64,000 nt of DNA, taken from assembly GCA_963845565.1 (NCBI GenBank), contig CAWJSJ010000005.1:320001-384000 (forward strand). Reading direction: 5' to 3'. Shown here in pieces: positions 29,932 to 39,789 of this stretch; position 1 is the first letter of the stretch, and each line of letters starts with the position of its first letter. The stretch comes from an uncultured Methylomirabilota bacterium (GTDB lineage Bacteria > Methylomirabilota > Methylomirabilia > Methylomirabilales > 2-02-FULL-66-22). The position numbers and the translations under genes are program-made. Under the pieces are notes generated by a model. It was not told the origin of the DNA, ran no database searches, and was given only the letters and a program-made list of their open reading frames with translations.

Positions 29932-30068
29932 GGTTTCCCCATACCCTTCCGGCGCCGTATCTACACCTGGGCCGGTCCGCTGTCAAGTACGACACGCCGG
30001 ACATGGCAGATTCCACACCGGTTGTTGACGCCCAGGATGCGGGGTTGCCTACGTTCACTTACGGTGAC

Positions 30069-30192
30069 CCTCTAGATTCGCCGGCAACTGCTGAGGTCGC
30101 TGGTGAACAGTGACGGATGTTTCGGAGGGCGGACGCGGTTCGGGGCCAGTGCGGGCCGATTGGCAGGTTAATGAAGGGAACGCCGTCCCCTG
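30069..30192 (+). repeat. Non-coding ~120-nt element, copy 2
   Basis: Shares AGATTCGCCGGCAACTGCTGAG exactly with copy 1. Confidence 0.7.
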
Positions 30193-30279
30193 ACTACCTT
30201 AGAACGCGATATTGAAGGTGTCCTTCGGAGCGACCGCCCCCCGCCACGGGAATTACCGGTCGGTCTGAAGCACGGCTCA

Positions 30280-30975
30280 TCACGACCGCGCCTTTGCGGG
30301 AGGGGAAGGCTTGCGAACGCCCGCGCGCTCCCACAGGCGAAACCCGCCGAGGAACGCATTGGCGTTGTCGCCTGCCCGGCACCCCGCAGGCAGCGTCTTC
30401 AGTTGCTTCACGTTGCCGCCCCCCAGGACCACATCGTCGGGTTCGAGGGCGGCGATCAGGCGCTCTATCAGCTCCACGACATGCTGCTCCCATCTCTTCC
30501 TGCCCATGCGCTTCAGCCCTCGTAATCCCACGTAGTCCTCGTAGGTTCTCCTCCTGCTCTTGTACGGAAGGTGGCCCAATTCCGCGGGCTCCACGACACC
30601 GTCCACGATCATGGTGGATCCGAGACCGGTTCCCAGGCCCAGAAAGAGCATCTTGCCGCGCTGGTAGCTCCCCAGGGCCTGCATGGCCGCGTCATTGATG
30701 ACTTTGACTGGGCGCCCGAATGCGGCCTGAAAGTTGAACCCGACCCAACCGGGTCCCAGGTTGAAAGGTTCCGAAACCGGCCGGCCCCCGAGGATCGGCC
30801 CGGGGTAGCCGATCGAGACCACGTCGTATTTCCAGTCCCCGGCGAGCTTCTTGACGCCGGCAACCATCCGTTTGGGCGTCAGCGTCGGTCCGGAGGGGAA
30901 CTTCCGCGGCTCGGCTTGCCCGGTGGCAAGGATCTTGACGTTGGTTCCGCCGATGTCGACAACCAGCACGTTCAT
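30280..30975 (-). CDS. ppgK: ROK-family polyphosphate glucokinase-like sugar kinase
   Basis: VDIGGT, INDAA, GLGTGLGS, ELGHL, LGGGN. Confidence 0.8.
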   Translation of the reverse strand: MNVLVVDIGGTNVKILATGQAEPRKFPSGPTLTPKRMVAGVKKLAGDWKYDVVSIGYPGPILGGRPVSEPFNLGPGWVGFNFQAAFGRPVKVINDAAMQALGSYQRGKMLFLGLGTGLGSTMIVDGVVEPAELGHLPYKSRRRTYEDYVGLRGLKRMGRKRWEQHVVELIERLIAALEPDDVVLGGGNVKQLKTLPAGCRAGDNANAFLGGFRLWERAGVRKPSPPAKARS

Positions 30976-31438
30976 GACGACACCTCCAAGGGCATCGAGA
31001 CGGGGTTGGCGGGGCATGGCGCGAACAGAGTAGCATAGGGAGTCACAGGATGCCGTCCCCTTTTTTCGTAGGCGGCTTGATCGCGGCGTCGGAGCAGCAA
31101 CTCATAAGGACTAGGCGGCGGCAGAAGTTGCCCAGCGTCGGAAAAGAGACGCGACCGTCCTTCACCTCGCAAAGCGGTGGAGCGAGGTGGGGGGCGGGAT
31201 TTTCCGCCACCGAAAGTGCCGATGGAGCCGCATCCCCACTGCGGAGGGAGCGATGAACTGAGGCGGGAGGCGGGTGGGTTCGGGCGGCCCAGCGGCCGCG
31301 CATCCGGTGCGGGGCACCGTGTGGCATGCGGTTTGCTCGACTTTCGGTCGTCTTGGGACGGGCGGTGGGTGATCCGTGCGCGTTCTCGCGTCTGACGCCT
31401 GGCATCTCCGCCCCCACCGGCTGTCGGAGGAGCCCGCC

Positions 31439-32296
31439 ATGCCCCACGAGATGACCAAGGTGCTGACCACCCCGGGCCACACACGTCCAGCGGTCGGGAG
31501 GGACGCATCCCCCAAGCACCTGAGGCTCAGATGCGCGGATTACGAGGCGGAACTGGCCAGGCTGCAAGTGGAACTGGTCAAGCTGCAGGAGTGGATCAAG
31601 AACAAGGGCTTGAAGGTCTTGGTGATCTTCGAGGGGCGGGACACTGCCGGCAAAGGCGGCACCATCAAGCGGATCATGGACCGACTGAATCCGCGGGTCG
31701 TCCGGGTGATGGCGCTGGGAACGCCCACCGAGCGGGAGAAGACGCAATGGTACTTTCAGCGCTACGTCGCGCATCTACCGGCCGGGGGCGAGATGGTGCT
31801 CTGCGACCGCAGTTGGTATAACCGAGCGCTGGTGGAGCGGGTCATGGGATTCTGCTCCGACGCGGAGTACCACGAGTTCCTGCGCGCCTGTCCCGAATTC
31901 GAACGCATGCTGAGGGGTGCGGGCATCCGGCTCATCAAATACTGGCTGTCGGTGAGTGACGAGGAGCAGGAACGACGATTCCACGCGCGGATCCACGACC
32001 CGGTCCGGCGCTGGAAACTCAGTCCCATGGATCTGGAGGCGCGCAGACGGTGGGTCGATTTCTCCCAGGCGAAGGACGTGATGTTTCAACACACGGATCT
32101 CAAGCAAGCCCCCTGGTACGTGGTCAACGCCGACGACAAGAAGCGCGCTCGCCTCAACGTCATCCGTCATCTGCTGAGCATGATCCCCTACAAGGATCTG
32201 ACGCCGGAACCGATCATCCTGCCGCCGCGGCAGAAAGAGAACGGGTATGTTCGGCCGCCCCTGGCGAATCAGACCTTTGTGCCCGAAGTGTACTGA
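31439..32296 (+). CDS. ppk2: Polyphosphate kinase 2
   Basis: FEGRDTAGKGG, WYFQRY, DRSWYNRA, WKLSPMD, DDKKRAR. Confidence 0.93.
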   Translation: MPHEMTKVLTTPGHTRPAVGRDASPKHLRLRCADYEAELARLQVELVKLQEWIKNKGLKVLVIFEGRDTAGKGGTIKRIMDRLNPRVVRVMALGTPTEREKTQWYFQRYVAHLPAGGEMVLCDRSWYNRALVERVMGFCSDAEYHEFLRACPEFERMLRGAGIRLIKYWLSVSDEEQERRFHARIHDPVRRWKLSPMDLEARRRWVDFSQAKDVMFQHTDLKQAPWYVVNADDKKRARLNVIRHLLSMIPYKDLTPEPIILPPRQKENGYVRPPLANQTFVPEVY

Positions 32297-32455
32297 CCCG
32301 CAAGAATCAAACGTACCGGACACCTTTGGGCACAGAACGACTTGATTCTGTGGAGGGGCCGATTCGAGTCTTTGGTGTGTAATGCGGGGCCAGGTCGTTG
32401 CATAAGTGGGGTAACATTCGATTCGGGGATGCGCAGGGATGTTGCGCGCGGGGCG

Positions 32456-33403
32456 TTAGGAGCGGCGTCGGGTATCGAGGAGCGACGCGAGCGGGGCCTC
32501 GGGAGTGTCGATCACGTAGCGCAGAGGATCCGTCGGCACGCCGTTCACCTGCACCTCATAGTGCACGTGGGGGCCGGTGGTTCGTCCCGTGGTTCCGACG
32601 CGGGCGATCTCATCCCCACGCTGGACGCGTTGGCCGACACGGACCTTCTGATTGGCATTGTGGGCGTAGAGCGTCCGGTATCCGTAGCCGTGGTCGATGA
32701 CCACCACGTTGCCGTAACTCCCAAGCGTACCCGCGAACCGGACTGTCCCGGCGGCGGTGGCGTGGATGGCTGTTCCCGGGGGCGCTGCAATGTCGATTCC
32801 TTCATGCTCCTCGCGCTGTCCCGTGAAGGGGGATGGGCGCGAGCCGAACCGTGTAGAGATCCAGCCCTGCGCTGGCAGAATGGCTGGGGTCGCGGCCAAC
32901 AGGGCCGTGCGCCGATCCAGGACGATCTGGAGACCGCGGAACGCGCGCCCCCGCCGTTCGATCTCTGCGTCCAGCGCCGCAATCTCTCCGGTGGCCCAGG
33001 CCACCAGGCCGCCGGGTTCCTGCATCAACGTCCGGAGCGTCGCGCGGGCGTCGGCGTCGGCTCCACCGTGGGCCGCCGTCCTCATCCTCTGGGCATGGGT
33101 GATGCCCAGCGTCGCCTGGAGCGATTGGCTCAGCCCTCGGACGGTCGCCATCTGTCCTTCAAGGCCTTCGACCTGTCCTTGAACGTCCTGCCAGCCCTCT
33201 GCCCGTGCGTGGGCGTTTCGCTGTGCCGTCACCAGAGTCTGGAGTGTGCCGCACTCTCGCACTAACCAGACGGATCCCATGCCGCCGGCCATCGCAATCA
33301 GCGCCAAGGCAATCCCCGCGGTACGGGTGAGTCGGAGAGTCCGCGGTCGTCCGGTGTACCCCGCGAGGACAACCAGGGTGATGGAGCGAGGGATCCCGCT
33401 CAC
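32456..33403 (-). CDS. M23 family metallopeptidase with N-terminal TM and coiled coil
   Basis: HEGIDIA, YAH, TGPHVHYEV; GTG start overlaps the stop of the upstream sORF. Confidence 0.88.
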   Translation of the reverse strand: MSGIPRSITLVVLAGYTGRPRTLRLTRTAGIALALIAMAGGMGSVWLVRECGTLQTLVTAQRNAHARAEGWQDVQGQVEGLEGQMATVRGLSQSLQATLGITHAQRMRTAAHGGADADARATLRTLMQEPGGLVAWATGEIAALDAEIERRGRAFRGLQIVLDRRTALLAATPAILPAQGWISTRFGSRPSPFTGQREEHEGIDIAAPPGTAIHATAAGTVRFAGTLGSYGNVVVIDHGYGYRTLYAHNANQKVRVGQRVQRGDEIARVGTTGRTTGPHVHYEVQVNGVPTDPLRYVIDTPEAPLASLLDTRRRS

Positions 33404-33510
33404 GAGGCTTGCCGGCCTTCCGTCGCGTGCTGGTGGTAGTACGCTCGCACCTCGATATATTCCAGACCCAGGACTCCGATCGCCACGATCACTGCCCACA
33501 ACTCAAACAT
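33400..33510 (-). CDS. 36-aa single-TM small protein (MFELWAVIVAIGVLGLEYIEVRAYYHQHATEGRQAS)
   Basis: AAAGGAG RBS, hydrophobic N-terminus, GTGA overlap with the M23 gene; absent from the ORF track. Confidence 0.65.
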   Translation of the reverse strand: MFELWAVIVAIGVLGLEYIEVRAYYHQHATEGRQAS

Positions 33511-33570
33511 GATACGCTCCTTTCCGGGAGGTCGCGTCCGTTGCGGGGCGTCGGTGACGTGTTAGGGGAT

Positions 33571-33586
33571 TGCAGGGGCCGTACCC
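33571..33586 (-). promoter_or_regulatory. Possible sigma54 -24/-12 promoter for sORF-M23
   Basis: GGGTACGGCCCCTGCA (GG-N10-GC), about 60 nt upstream of the ATG. Confidence 0.35.
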
Positions 33587-34285
33587 GAAAGACCGCCGGG
33601 AATTCTGGCCACGGGTGGCCTATTTTCAATGGGTTATCTTGGGTTGACTTGGGGGGCGCCTGACAGGAGGACAGGGTGGCAGGGATTCCGCCAAAACCGT
33701 CAGGTCTAATGAGGCGGCCGCGCCGGGATGTTGGACAACGGAGGCTTTGGTCCGAAAAAACACTGTTTGGCCGTCAAATTCAAACCTAACTATTCATACA
33801 ATGCCGAAAAAGATCCTCTCCCCATTGGCGTATGTCGTTCCAATCAAGACCGTGTGCACAACAATGGTGCCGCTCCCCCGGCACTCTATAACGGGACAGT
33901 GACTTTCTCCAGCCCGGACAGTCCGTCCTTCTGGTTTCTCGGTAATCATCAGGCTCCCATCGACGCTCCGGCATTCGGCCCATCAGCGACAGCATCGGCC
34001 CCCCGTCGCGTTCCGGCGAGTCCACTTCGCACCCTCTCGTGCATTCTCCGGCCCGCCACTGAAGCAAGAATGGTCCGCCGTTCTGCAAGAGCACGCCTGG
34101 CGCTGCACCGCACGCCGCCCACCACCTCTCCATCTCCGGCGGGAGCATCTTCGCAAGAGATGTCTCCGGCGGGGCACGCCTTCTTGAGATGATGCTCGCG
34201 CCGTGGGCAGGTCGCGAAAACACCAGCGGCGCTGCCGATGGACCTTCCGGCCGCGCCGCCGTCGGGTGTGTCGCCGTTCGGAGTG

Positions 34286-35479
34286 CTACTTGTAGTAATA
34301 GGTGGGCTGCCCGCTGGCCGTCGGTCCACCGGGCCGGGTCTGGTTCTTGTTGAAGGTGTGGGAGCGCATGAAGAGATTGTCCGCGGTGCGCCCCGTGGCC
34401 GGCATGATCTTCGCGTAGTCGTACTGGGTGCCGTGGCAGGTCGCACAGGTCTCCCGCGCCGCCGGCTTCGGCTTCGCCAGGGCGTGGGGGGTGTGGCAAT
34501 CCCCACAGCTCAGGAGGTTCTTGCTGTAGTGCGACGACTGAATGTACTCCTGCCACTCCTGGTGGTGCTTGCGGCTGTCGTAGAACTTGTGCTTCTGGGC
34601 GAGATCATCCAGGTAGAAGGCGTTCTCCAGGTCGGTCTTGGGGTAATTCTGGCTGAGCGGCTGCTTCGGGTTGGCCCCAGGGATCAGCACACCATCCGGA
34701 TACCAGGTCCGCCAGTCATCCTGGCCGGCCTTATACGTGTCACCGATCACGGGATGGGGCTGGTCCTCGCGCACGTTGCCCTGAGCAGTCCGGAACTGGG
34801 AGGTCTCCTTCCGCACGTGGCAGTACCCGCAGACCAGGGACGCCTGCTCCTTGCTGGCCTTGGCCGGGTTGAAGATGTCGGCCTTGGCGGTGCTCGCCGC
34901 ATGCTTACCGCCGGGGCCGTGGCAGGACTCGCACCCGGTGTTATGCTCCACCATGCTGACCTTCTGGGCCGCGGGATTCTTCGGGTCGTAGGACGTCAGG
35001 CGGTAGCCGGTGGCATGGCAGGTGGCGCACTGGGTCTCCCAGTCATTCTTTTGGCCGTAGTTCTCCCAGAGCCTGGTCATCCGGTTCCACTGCTTGTCGA
35101 GGAACTGATGGTTTCCGGTGGCGAGATTCTTCACGAGGTACCGCTGCTTCCAGTACGAGCCGACCACGTAGACGACATCCTCCATCTTGTACGGTTTGCC
35201 GTCGATGTTTCCCTTCGTCGGCCCAGCGGTGCCCTTGCTGTCCTTGGCCCAGTTGTCCCCGGCGTCCTTGAGCAGTCCCACCTTGAGGGGACGGATCATC
35301 TTGGCGTGGTTCGTCTCTTTCCAGGTCTTGTACTCGGCCGCGTGGCAGGCGGCGCACTTCTCGGACCCGACGAACGCAGTCTTCGCCGTGGCCGTGGGTA
35401 TGATCGCGCAGCCGACGGCAATGGCCAGCGCCAGCCCTCCGATTGCCAGGATCATGAGGAGAACGCGGTGTGAGGCCAT
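34286..35479 (-). CDS. Hexaheme c-type cytochrome (c554-like domains), exported, possibly a lipoprotein
   Basis: CAACH, CATCH, CESCH, CGYCH, CGDCH, CATCH; signal peptide ending LAIAVGC. Confidence 0.9.
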   Translation of the reverse strand: MASHRVLLMILAIGGLALAIAVGCAIIPTATAKTAFVGSEKCAACHAAEYKTWKETNHAKMIRPLKVGLLKDAGDNWAKDSKGTAGPTKGNIDGKPYKMEDVVYVVGSYWKQRYLVKNLATGNHQFLDKQWNRMTRLWENYGQKNDWETQCATCHATGYRLTSYDPKNPAAQKVSMVEHNTGCESCHGPGGKHAASTAKADIFNPAKASKEQASLVCGYCHVRKETSQFRTAQGNVREDQPHPVIGDTYKAGQDDWRTWYPDGVLIPGANPKQPLSQNYPKTDLENAFYLDDLAQKHKFYDSRKHHQEWQEYIQSSHYSKNLLSCGDCHTPHALAKPKPAARETCATCHGTQYDYAKIMPATGRTADNLFMRSHTFNKNQTRPGGPTASGQPTYYYK

Positions 35480-35600
35480 GAAGTCCCTCCCTTGACGAGT
35501 TGTGGAAGTACGACCGGACACGCAACGATCTTCGGCGGGGACGGTGGCCCTTCTCGCCGAGTCTTCCATGAAGACTCCCAGGTGCGCAGGCGGGCGACGG

Positions 35601-35948
35601 CTACGACGCGTTCCGGCGCGTGGTCGATCGGCGCACCCGCATTACGCGATCGGCCGGAAGCACCTCATGTGCCAGTTCGACGAGTTGGGCCTGCGCCCGG
35701 GCCAGCAGTCGTCGCCCCGCCGGGGTGCCCCGGTAGTACTTGCGCACGCGCCCGTTCACGACCTGCGCGGCGCGTCGCAGATACCCGCCGGCCTCCAGCG
35801 CGTGCAGGATGGGGTAGGGCGTCCCGGGACCGATCCGGTATCCGTGCCGGGCGAGTTCCTCCATTAGTTCCGTGCCGTAGACCGGTCCCTCGGTCGCGTG
35901 GAACAGGATATGGGCTCGGATGAAACCCAGAAACAGTTCCCGGAGCAT
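35601..35948 (-). CDS. PadR-family regulator
   Basis: FIRAHILFHA...YG..LMEELARHGY..GPGTPYPILH...RKYY; divergent from chrA. Confidence 0.88.
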   Translation of the reverse strand: MLRELFLGFIRAHILFHATEGPVYGTELMEELARHGYRIGPGTPYPILHALEAGGYLRRAAQVVNGRVRKYYRGTPAGRRLLARAQAQLVELAHEVLPADRVMRVRRSTTRRNAS

Positions 35949-36096
35949 GGGACCGCCCTTTGTCGCGAACCCGCCCCGTGTCAAGCGGCGCACGCTGCCG
36001 AGTCGAGCCGGATGCGACACGGTGAAATCGGCACTTGTGGGAAGTGCGGTATCTCCATACAATATGGTCCTTCGATAATGCGGGCGGAGTATGCGT

Positions 36097-36521
36097 ATGC
36101 CGGTTCCGTTGATTGTCCTCATAGACGACGAACCCCTCTTTCGCCGGTCGATGGCAACACTCCTCACCCGGCACGGCTACCGCGTGGAAGTCGCCGCGAC
36201 CGCGACCGATGGCCTGGCCCTGCTGTGTGCAGCCCAACCGGACCTGCTCCTCTTGGACCGGCCCTCCCAGATGGGGATGGGCTCCACCTCCTCCCGGTGG
36301 TCCGTCGCGATTGGCCCGACCTCCCCGTTCTGATGATCACGGGGGCCCCGCGGCCCGAGACCCGGACGCACGCGCTGCGAGCGGGCGCAGTGGCAGTCTT
36401 GGAGAAACCGTGCGAACCCGAGGTCCTGCTTGCGGTGTGTAGCACAGGCGCTCCACCCACCGAAACCTGGTGCGCCGTCCGGCCTGTCGAAAGGGCCCAG
36501 GGATGCTCGCGAGGGTCGTGA
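36097..36521 (+). pseudogene. Single-domain response regulator with a 1-nt deletion frameshift near 36260
   Basis: LIDDEP...PDLLLLD in one frame, ALPDGDG...VLMITG...LEKP in another. Confidence 0.8.
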
Positions 36522-36606
36522 TCCGGTTTCAGGCTCCATGTGACGGCGGGACGCACGTCGAGCGAAAGGAAGAGCACGAGAATCCAACGCCCGGCAGAGA
36601 GAACGC

Positions 36607-37794
36607 ATGATGAACGAGCAGGCAGCGCAGGAACGCAACCCGGGCTCGGTCGGCGAGGTGGCCCGGCTCTTCCTCAAGCTCGGGACGATCGCCTTTGGTG
36701 GCCCGGCAGCGCACATCGCCATGATGGACGATGAGATCGTTCGCAGGCGGGGGTGGCTCAGCCGGGAGCGATTCCTCGATCTGCTGGGGGCCACGAACCT
36801 CATCCCCGGGCCGAACTCGACCGAAATGGCGATCCACCTCGGGTTCCTCCGCGCTGGCTGGCGGGGCCTGATCGTCGCGGGGGCGTGCTTTATCCTGCCA
36901 GCCATGACGATCACCGGAATCCTGGCGTGGGCCTACGTCCGGTACGGCGCCCTGCCGGAAATCGTCTGGCTGCTCTACGGGGTCAAGCCCGTGATCATCG
37001 CCATCGTGGTCCAGGCCCTCTGGGGGTTTGCCACGAAGGCCATCAAAGGACTCCTCACGGGAACGGTCGGCGCCGGGGTCCTGGCGCTCTCGTTCCTTGG
37101 GTGGGATGAGATCCTCCTCCTGCTGGTGGGCGGAGGTGTGGTGATGCTGGCGACCTCCCTGGAGCGCCGGTGGAAACCGACCGCGATTGGCGCCGCCCTG
37201 GGCGGTAGTATCCTCGGAGCCGGGACCGTGACATCTGCAGCGACCGCGGCCTCGGGGGCCGGCGCACCCGTGACCCTCTGGGCGTTGACGGGCTTCTTCC
37301 TCAAGGTCGGCTCCGTGCTCTACGGGAGCGGCTACGTGCTCCTGGCCTTCCTCCGGGGGGACCTGGTCCACCGGTGGGGCTGGCTCACCGACCAGCAACT
37401 CATGGACGCCATCGCGGTGGGGCAGTTCACGCCGGGGCCGGTCTTCACCACCGCGACCTTCATCGGCTATGTCGTCGCGGGGGTCCCCGGGGCGCTTCTG
37501 GCGACCCTCGGGATCTTCTTCCCGTCGTTCGTGTTCGTGGTTGCCAGCAGTCCCCTCATACCGCGAATCCGAAGATCGGCGTGGGCGGGGAGCTTCTTGG
37601 ACGGCGTGACCGTGGCCTCACTGGGCCTGATGGCAGTTGTGACCTGGCAGCTTGGGCGAGCGGCGCTGGTCGATTGGGTGACCGTGAGCCTGGGGCTCGT
37701 CGCGGCCCTCCTGGTCTTCCGCGTCCGGGTGAACTCCGCCTGGCTTGTCTTAGGCGGCGGACTCATCGGTCTGGCGACGCATCTGCTCCGGTGA
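36607..37794 (+). CDS. chrA: Chromate efflux transporter (long-chain CHR)
   Basis: FLKLGTIAFGGP, PGPNSTE, YGSGY, GQFTPGP. Confidence 0.93.
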   Translation: MMNEQAAQERNPGSVGEVARLFLKLGTIAFGGPAAHIAMMDDEIVRRRGWLSRERFLDLLGATNLIPGPNSTEMAIHLGFLRAGWRGLIVAGACFILPAMTITGILAWAYVRYGALPEIVWLLYGVKPVIIAIVVQALWGFATKAIKGLLTGTVGAGVLALSFLGWDEILLLLVGGGVVMLATSLERRWKPTAIGAALGGSILGAGTVTSAATAASGAGAPVTLWALTGFFLKVGSVLYGSGYVLLAFLRGDLVHRWGWLTDQQLMDAIAVGQFTPGPVFTTATFIGYVVAGVPGALLATLGIFFPSFVFVVASSPLIPRIRRSAWAGSFLDGVTVASLGLMAVVTWQLGRAALVDWVTVSLGLVAALLVFRVRVNSAWLVLGGGLIGLATHLLR

Positions 37795-38509
37795 CCGGCA
37801 GCGCGGACGAGCACCAACCAAAATGCCGTAGCTACCCAACTCTCCGGATAAACGCGGGGCTCGATACCGCGACTCATCAGGCAACCAACTGCCGCAAGGC
37901 AAGCGCGGCGAGTCTCCTTTCCCGTAGCGCCACCCATCGGGTGTGAGTCAGACTGCTCCGCATTGCTGACGCGTCGCCCCTCTGCGGCGGGTACGACGCA
38001 TCAGGTGTCCGCGACTCGACTTCAATGGCCGGAGAGTTGGGAGAGGAGCGAGGCGGTAAGGTTCCCTCGATCCCCGGCAGGTGTTTCGTCCCGTGCGACG
38101 TCCGACCCGATGCGTATCGGTGCGGTAGGCGTCCGATCCGCCTTGGTGTTGCGTGTTGCGCACGTATGGCGCCGGCCACCCCGCCCGCCAGTTGAGCACG
38201 AGCCCCCAGCGGGGCCGGCGACCAACAACTTCTAGCGGGCACCCAGTCGAACGGAGCCAACTTTGCGACGCCACCACGTGGGTGCGCGGCCGCACGAGAC
38301 TGCCCAGAGCGAGTGACCAGCGCGGATGGTGCTCGCGTCCCGGCGGCCCCTTTGGCCTTGACAGTGTCGCCCGGGCTGGCATGCTCCCGGTACCGATTCG
38401 TGGGATCGGCCAGCTCGGTCGAGTGCCGCGCGCCGCGCATGCGCGTGGGCGGCCGGCCATAAACCAAGGCGGTCTGGCTCCGGGGCCGCCCCCAAAAGGA
38501 GCCGTCATC

Positions 38510-38947
38510 ATGCACCGGATCGTGCTTGCAATCCTCGTGGTCATCCTCGCCGCCGCGCCCGGCATCGCCTCCGCCAGCCTCGACAGCTTCCTGAGCAGCG
38601 TCAATGTTCAGGCGCGGGCCGACCTGCCCGGATTCCACGCCAAGGTCAGCGCGCAGTTCGGCGTCCCCATCCCCCGGGTGGAGGCGGTGCTCGGGATGGT
38701 GGCCACCCCGGCGGACGCCTTCATGGTGTTCCAGGTGGGACAGATGGCCCATCGGCCCCCCGAGACCGTGGTGCACACCTATCAGGCCCACCAGGGCAAA
38801 GGCTGGGGGGTTATTGCCAAGAACCTCGGGATCAAGCCGGGTTCCCGGGAGTTCCACGCCCTCAAGAACGGGGACCTGGTGTACGGCGATGCGGCGACGA
38901 GTAGCCCCGGCAAGGGGAAGGGCAAAGGGAAGGGGCACAACAAGTAG
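38510..38947 (+). CDS. Secreted hypothetical protein with GWGVIAKNLGIKPGS motif and (GK)n tail
   Basis: AAGGAG RBS, signal peptide, basic C-terminal tail. Confidence 0.8.
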   Translation: MHRIVLAILVVILAAAPGIASASLDSFLSSVNVQARADLPGFHAKVSAQFGVPIPRVEAVLGMVATPADAFMVFQVGQMAHRPPETVVHTYQAHQGKGWGVIAKNLGIKPGSREFHALKNGDLVYGDAATSSPGKGKGKGKGHNK

Positions 38948-39100
38948 CCGTCCGGCGGGCGGCCGGGCACCGGCGCACGCCCCGTGCCCGCCTGCAAGGA
39001 AACGCCAGGCCCGAGCCACGCGTTCTTCACGACGCGGGGTGGCCATCCGCATGGAGGACCGGAACGGAAGGATTGCCCCCAAACGGACCCGCTCCGTCAT

Positions 39101-39116
39101 TGGAATGCCGCGTGCT
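39101..39116 (+). promoter_or_regulatory. Possible sigma54 promoter
   Basis: TGGAATGCCGCGTGCT (GG-N10-GC), 63 nt upstream of the Gly-rich gene. Confidence 0.45.
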
Positions 39117-39179
39117 CTCGCTAACGTGATAAGATTAAGGTTATCCGAAGAGAACGCGTCAACGAAGGAGGAGCACACC

Positions 39180-39767
39180 ATGCGAACGCTTGTGAGATGG
39201 ATTGCGGTTCCCATCCTGGCCGTGGCGATCGTCCCGTTTCTGACCGAGTGGCCCGGCTCCGTGGGCGACCGCACCTCCGGGACCGCATACGCCAAGGACG
39301 GCGGCGGCGGTGGTGGGAATGGTGGTGGTGGGAACGGCGGCGGGGGAGGCGGGAACGGTGGGGGCAGTGGTGCTGGCAGCGGGAGCGGCGCGGGCCATGG
39401 CGGCGGCCATGGGGCCGGCGCGGCCGATGCCGGGGGGCGCGGGGCCGGGGACGGAGGCGGCCGGGGACAGGGGAGCGCGGACTCCGCCCACGGGGGCAAG
39501 GGGCAGGGCGCCGCGGGCGGGGCCGGGGTCGGCCATGGCCACCAGGGCCGGGGGGTCGGCAGCGCGGTGTCCGAGGCGGCGACCACCGCCGCGCACATGA
39601 GCAAACAGGACGTTCAAGCGGCCGGCTTCCGGAACCGCGGCGAGGCGGTGAGCACCGCGGTCCATGAGGCGCAACAGGCGGCCCGCGACCGTGAGGCCGC
39701 GGCCGAAGCCGCGGAGGTCGGGAGCCCCACCGGGACCACGACCACCCCGAGTACCACCCGGCGGTAA
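39180..39767 (+). CDS. Secreted glycine-rich low-complexity protein
   Basis: AAGGAGG RBS, signal-like N-terminus, GGGN/GAG tracts, repeated G.AVS.A helix motif. Confidence 0.75.
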   Translation: MRTLVRWIAVPILAVAIVPFLTEWPGSVGDRTSGTAYAKDGGGGGGNGGGGNGGGGGGNGGGSGAGSGSGAGHGGGHGAGAADAGGRGAGDGGGRGQGSADSAHGGKGQGAAGGAGVGHGHQGRGVGSAVSEAATTAAHMSKQDVQAAGFRNRGEAVSTAVHEAQQAARDREAAAEAAEVGSPTGTTTTPSTTRR

Positions 39768-39789
39768 CGCGGGAGGACAGCACCTGACG

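Noticed and set aside
37877..39604. 575-aa Pro-rich minus-strand ORF
   Set aside because: The poly-Pro is the reverse complement of the Gly-rich gene, which has the RBS and signal peptide
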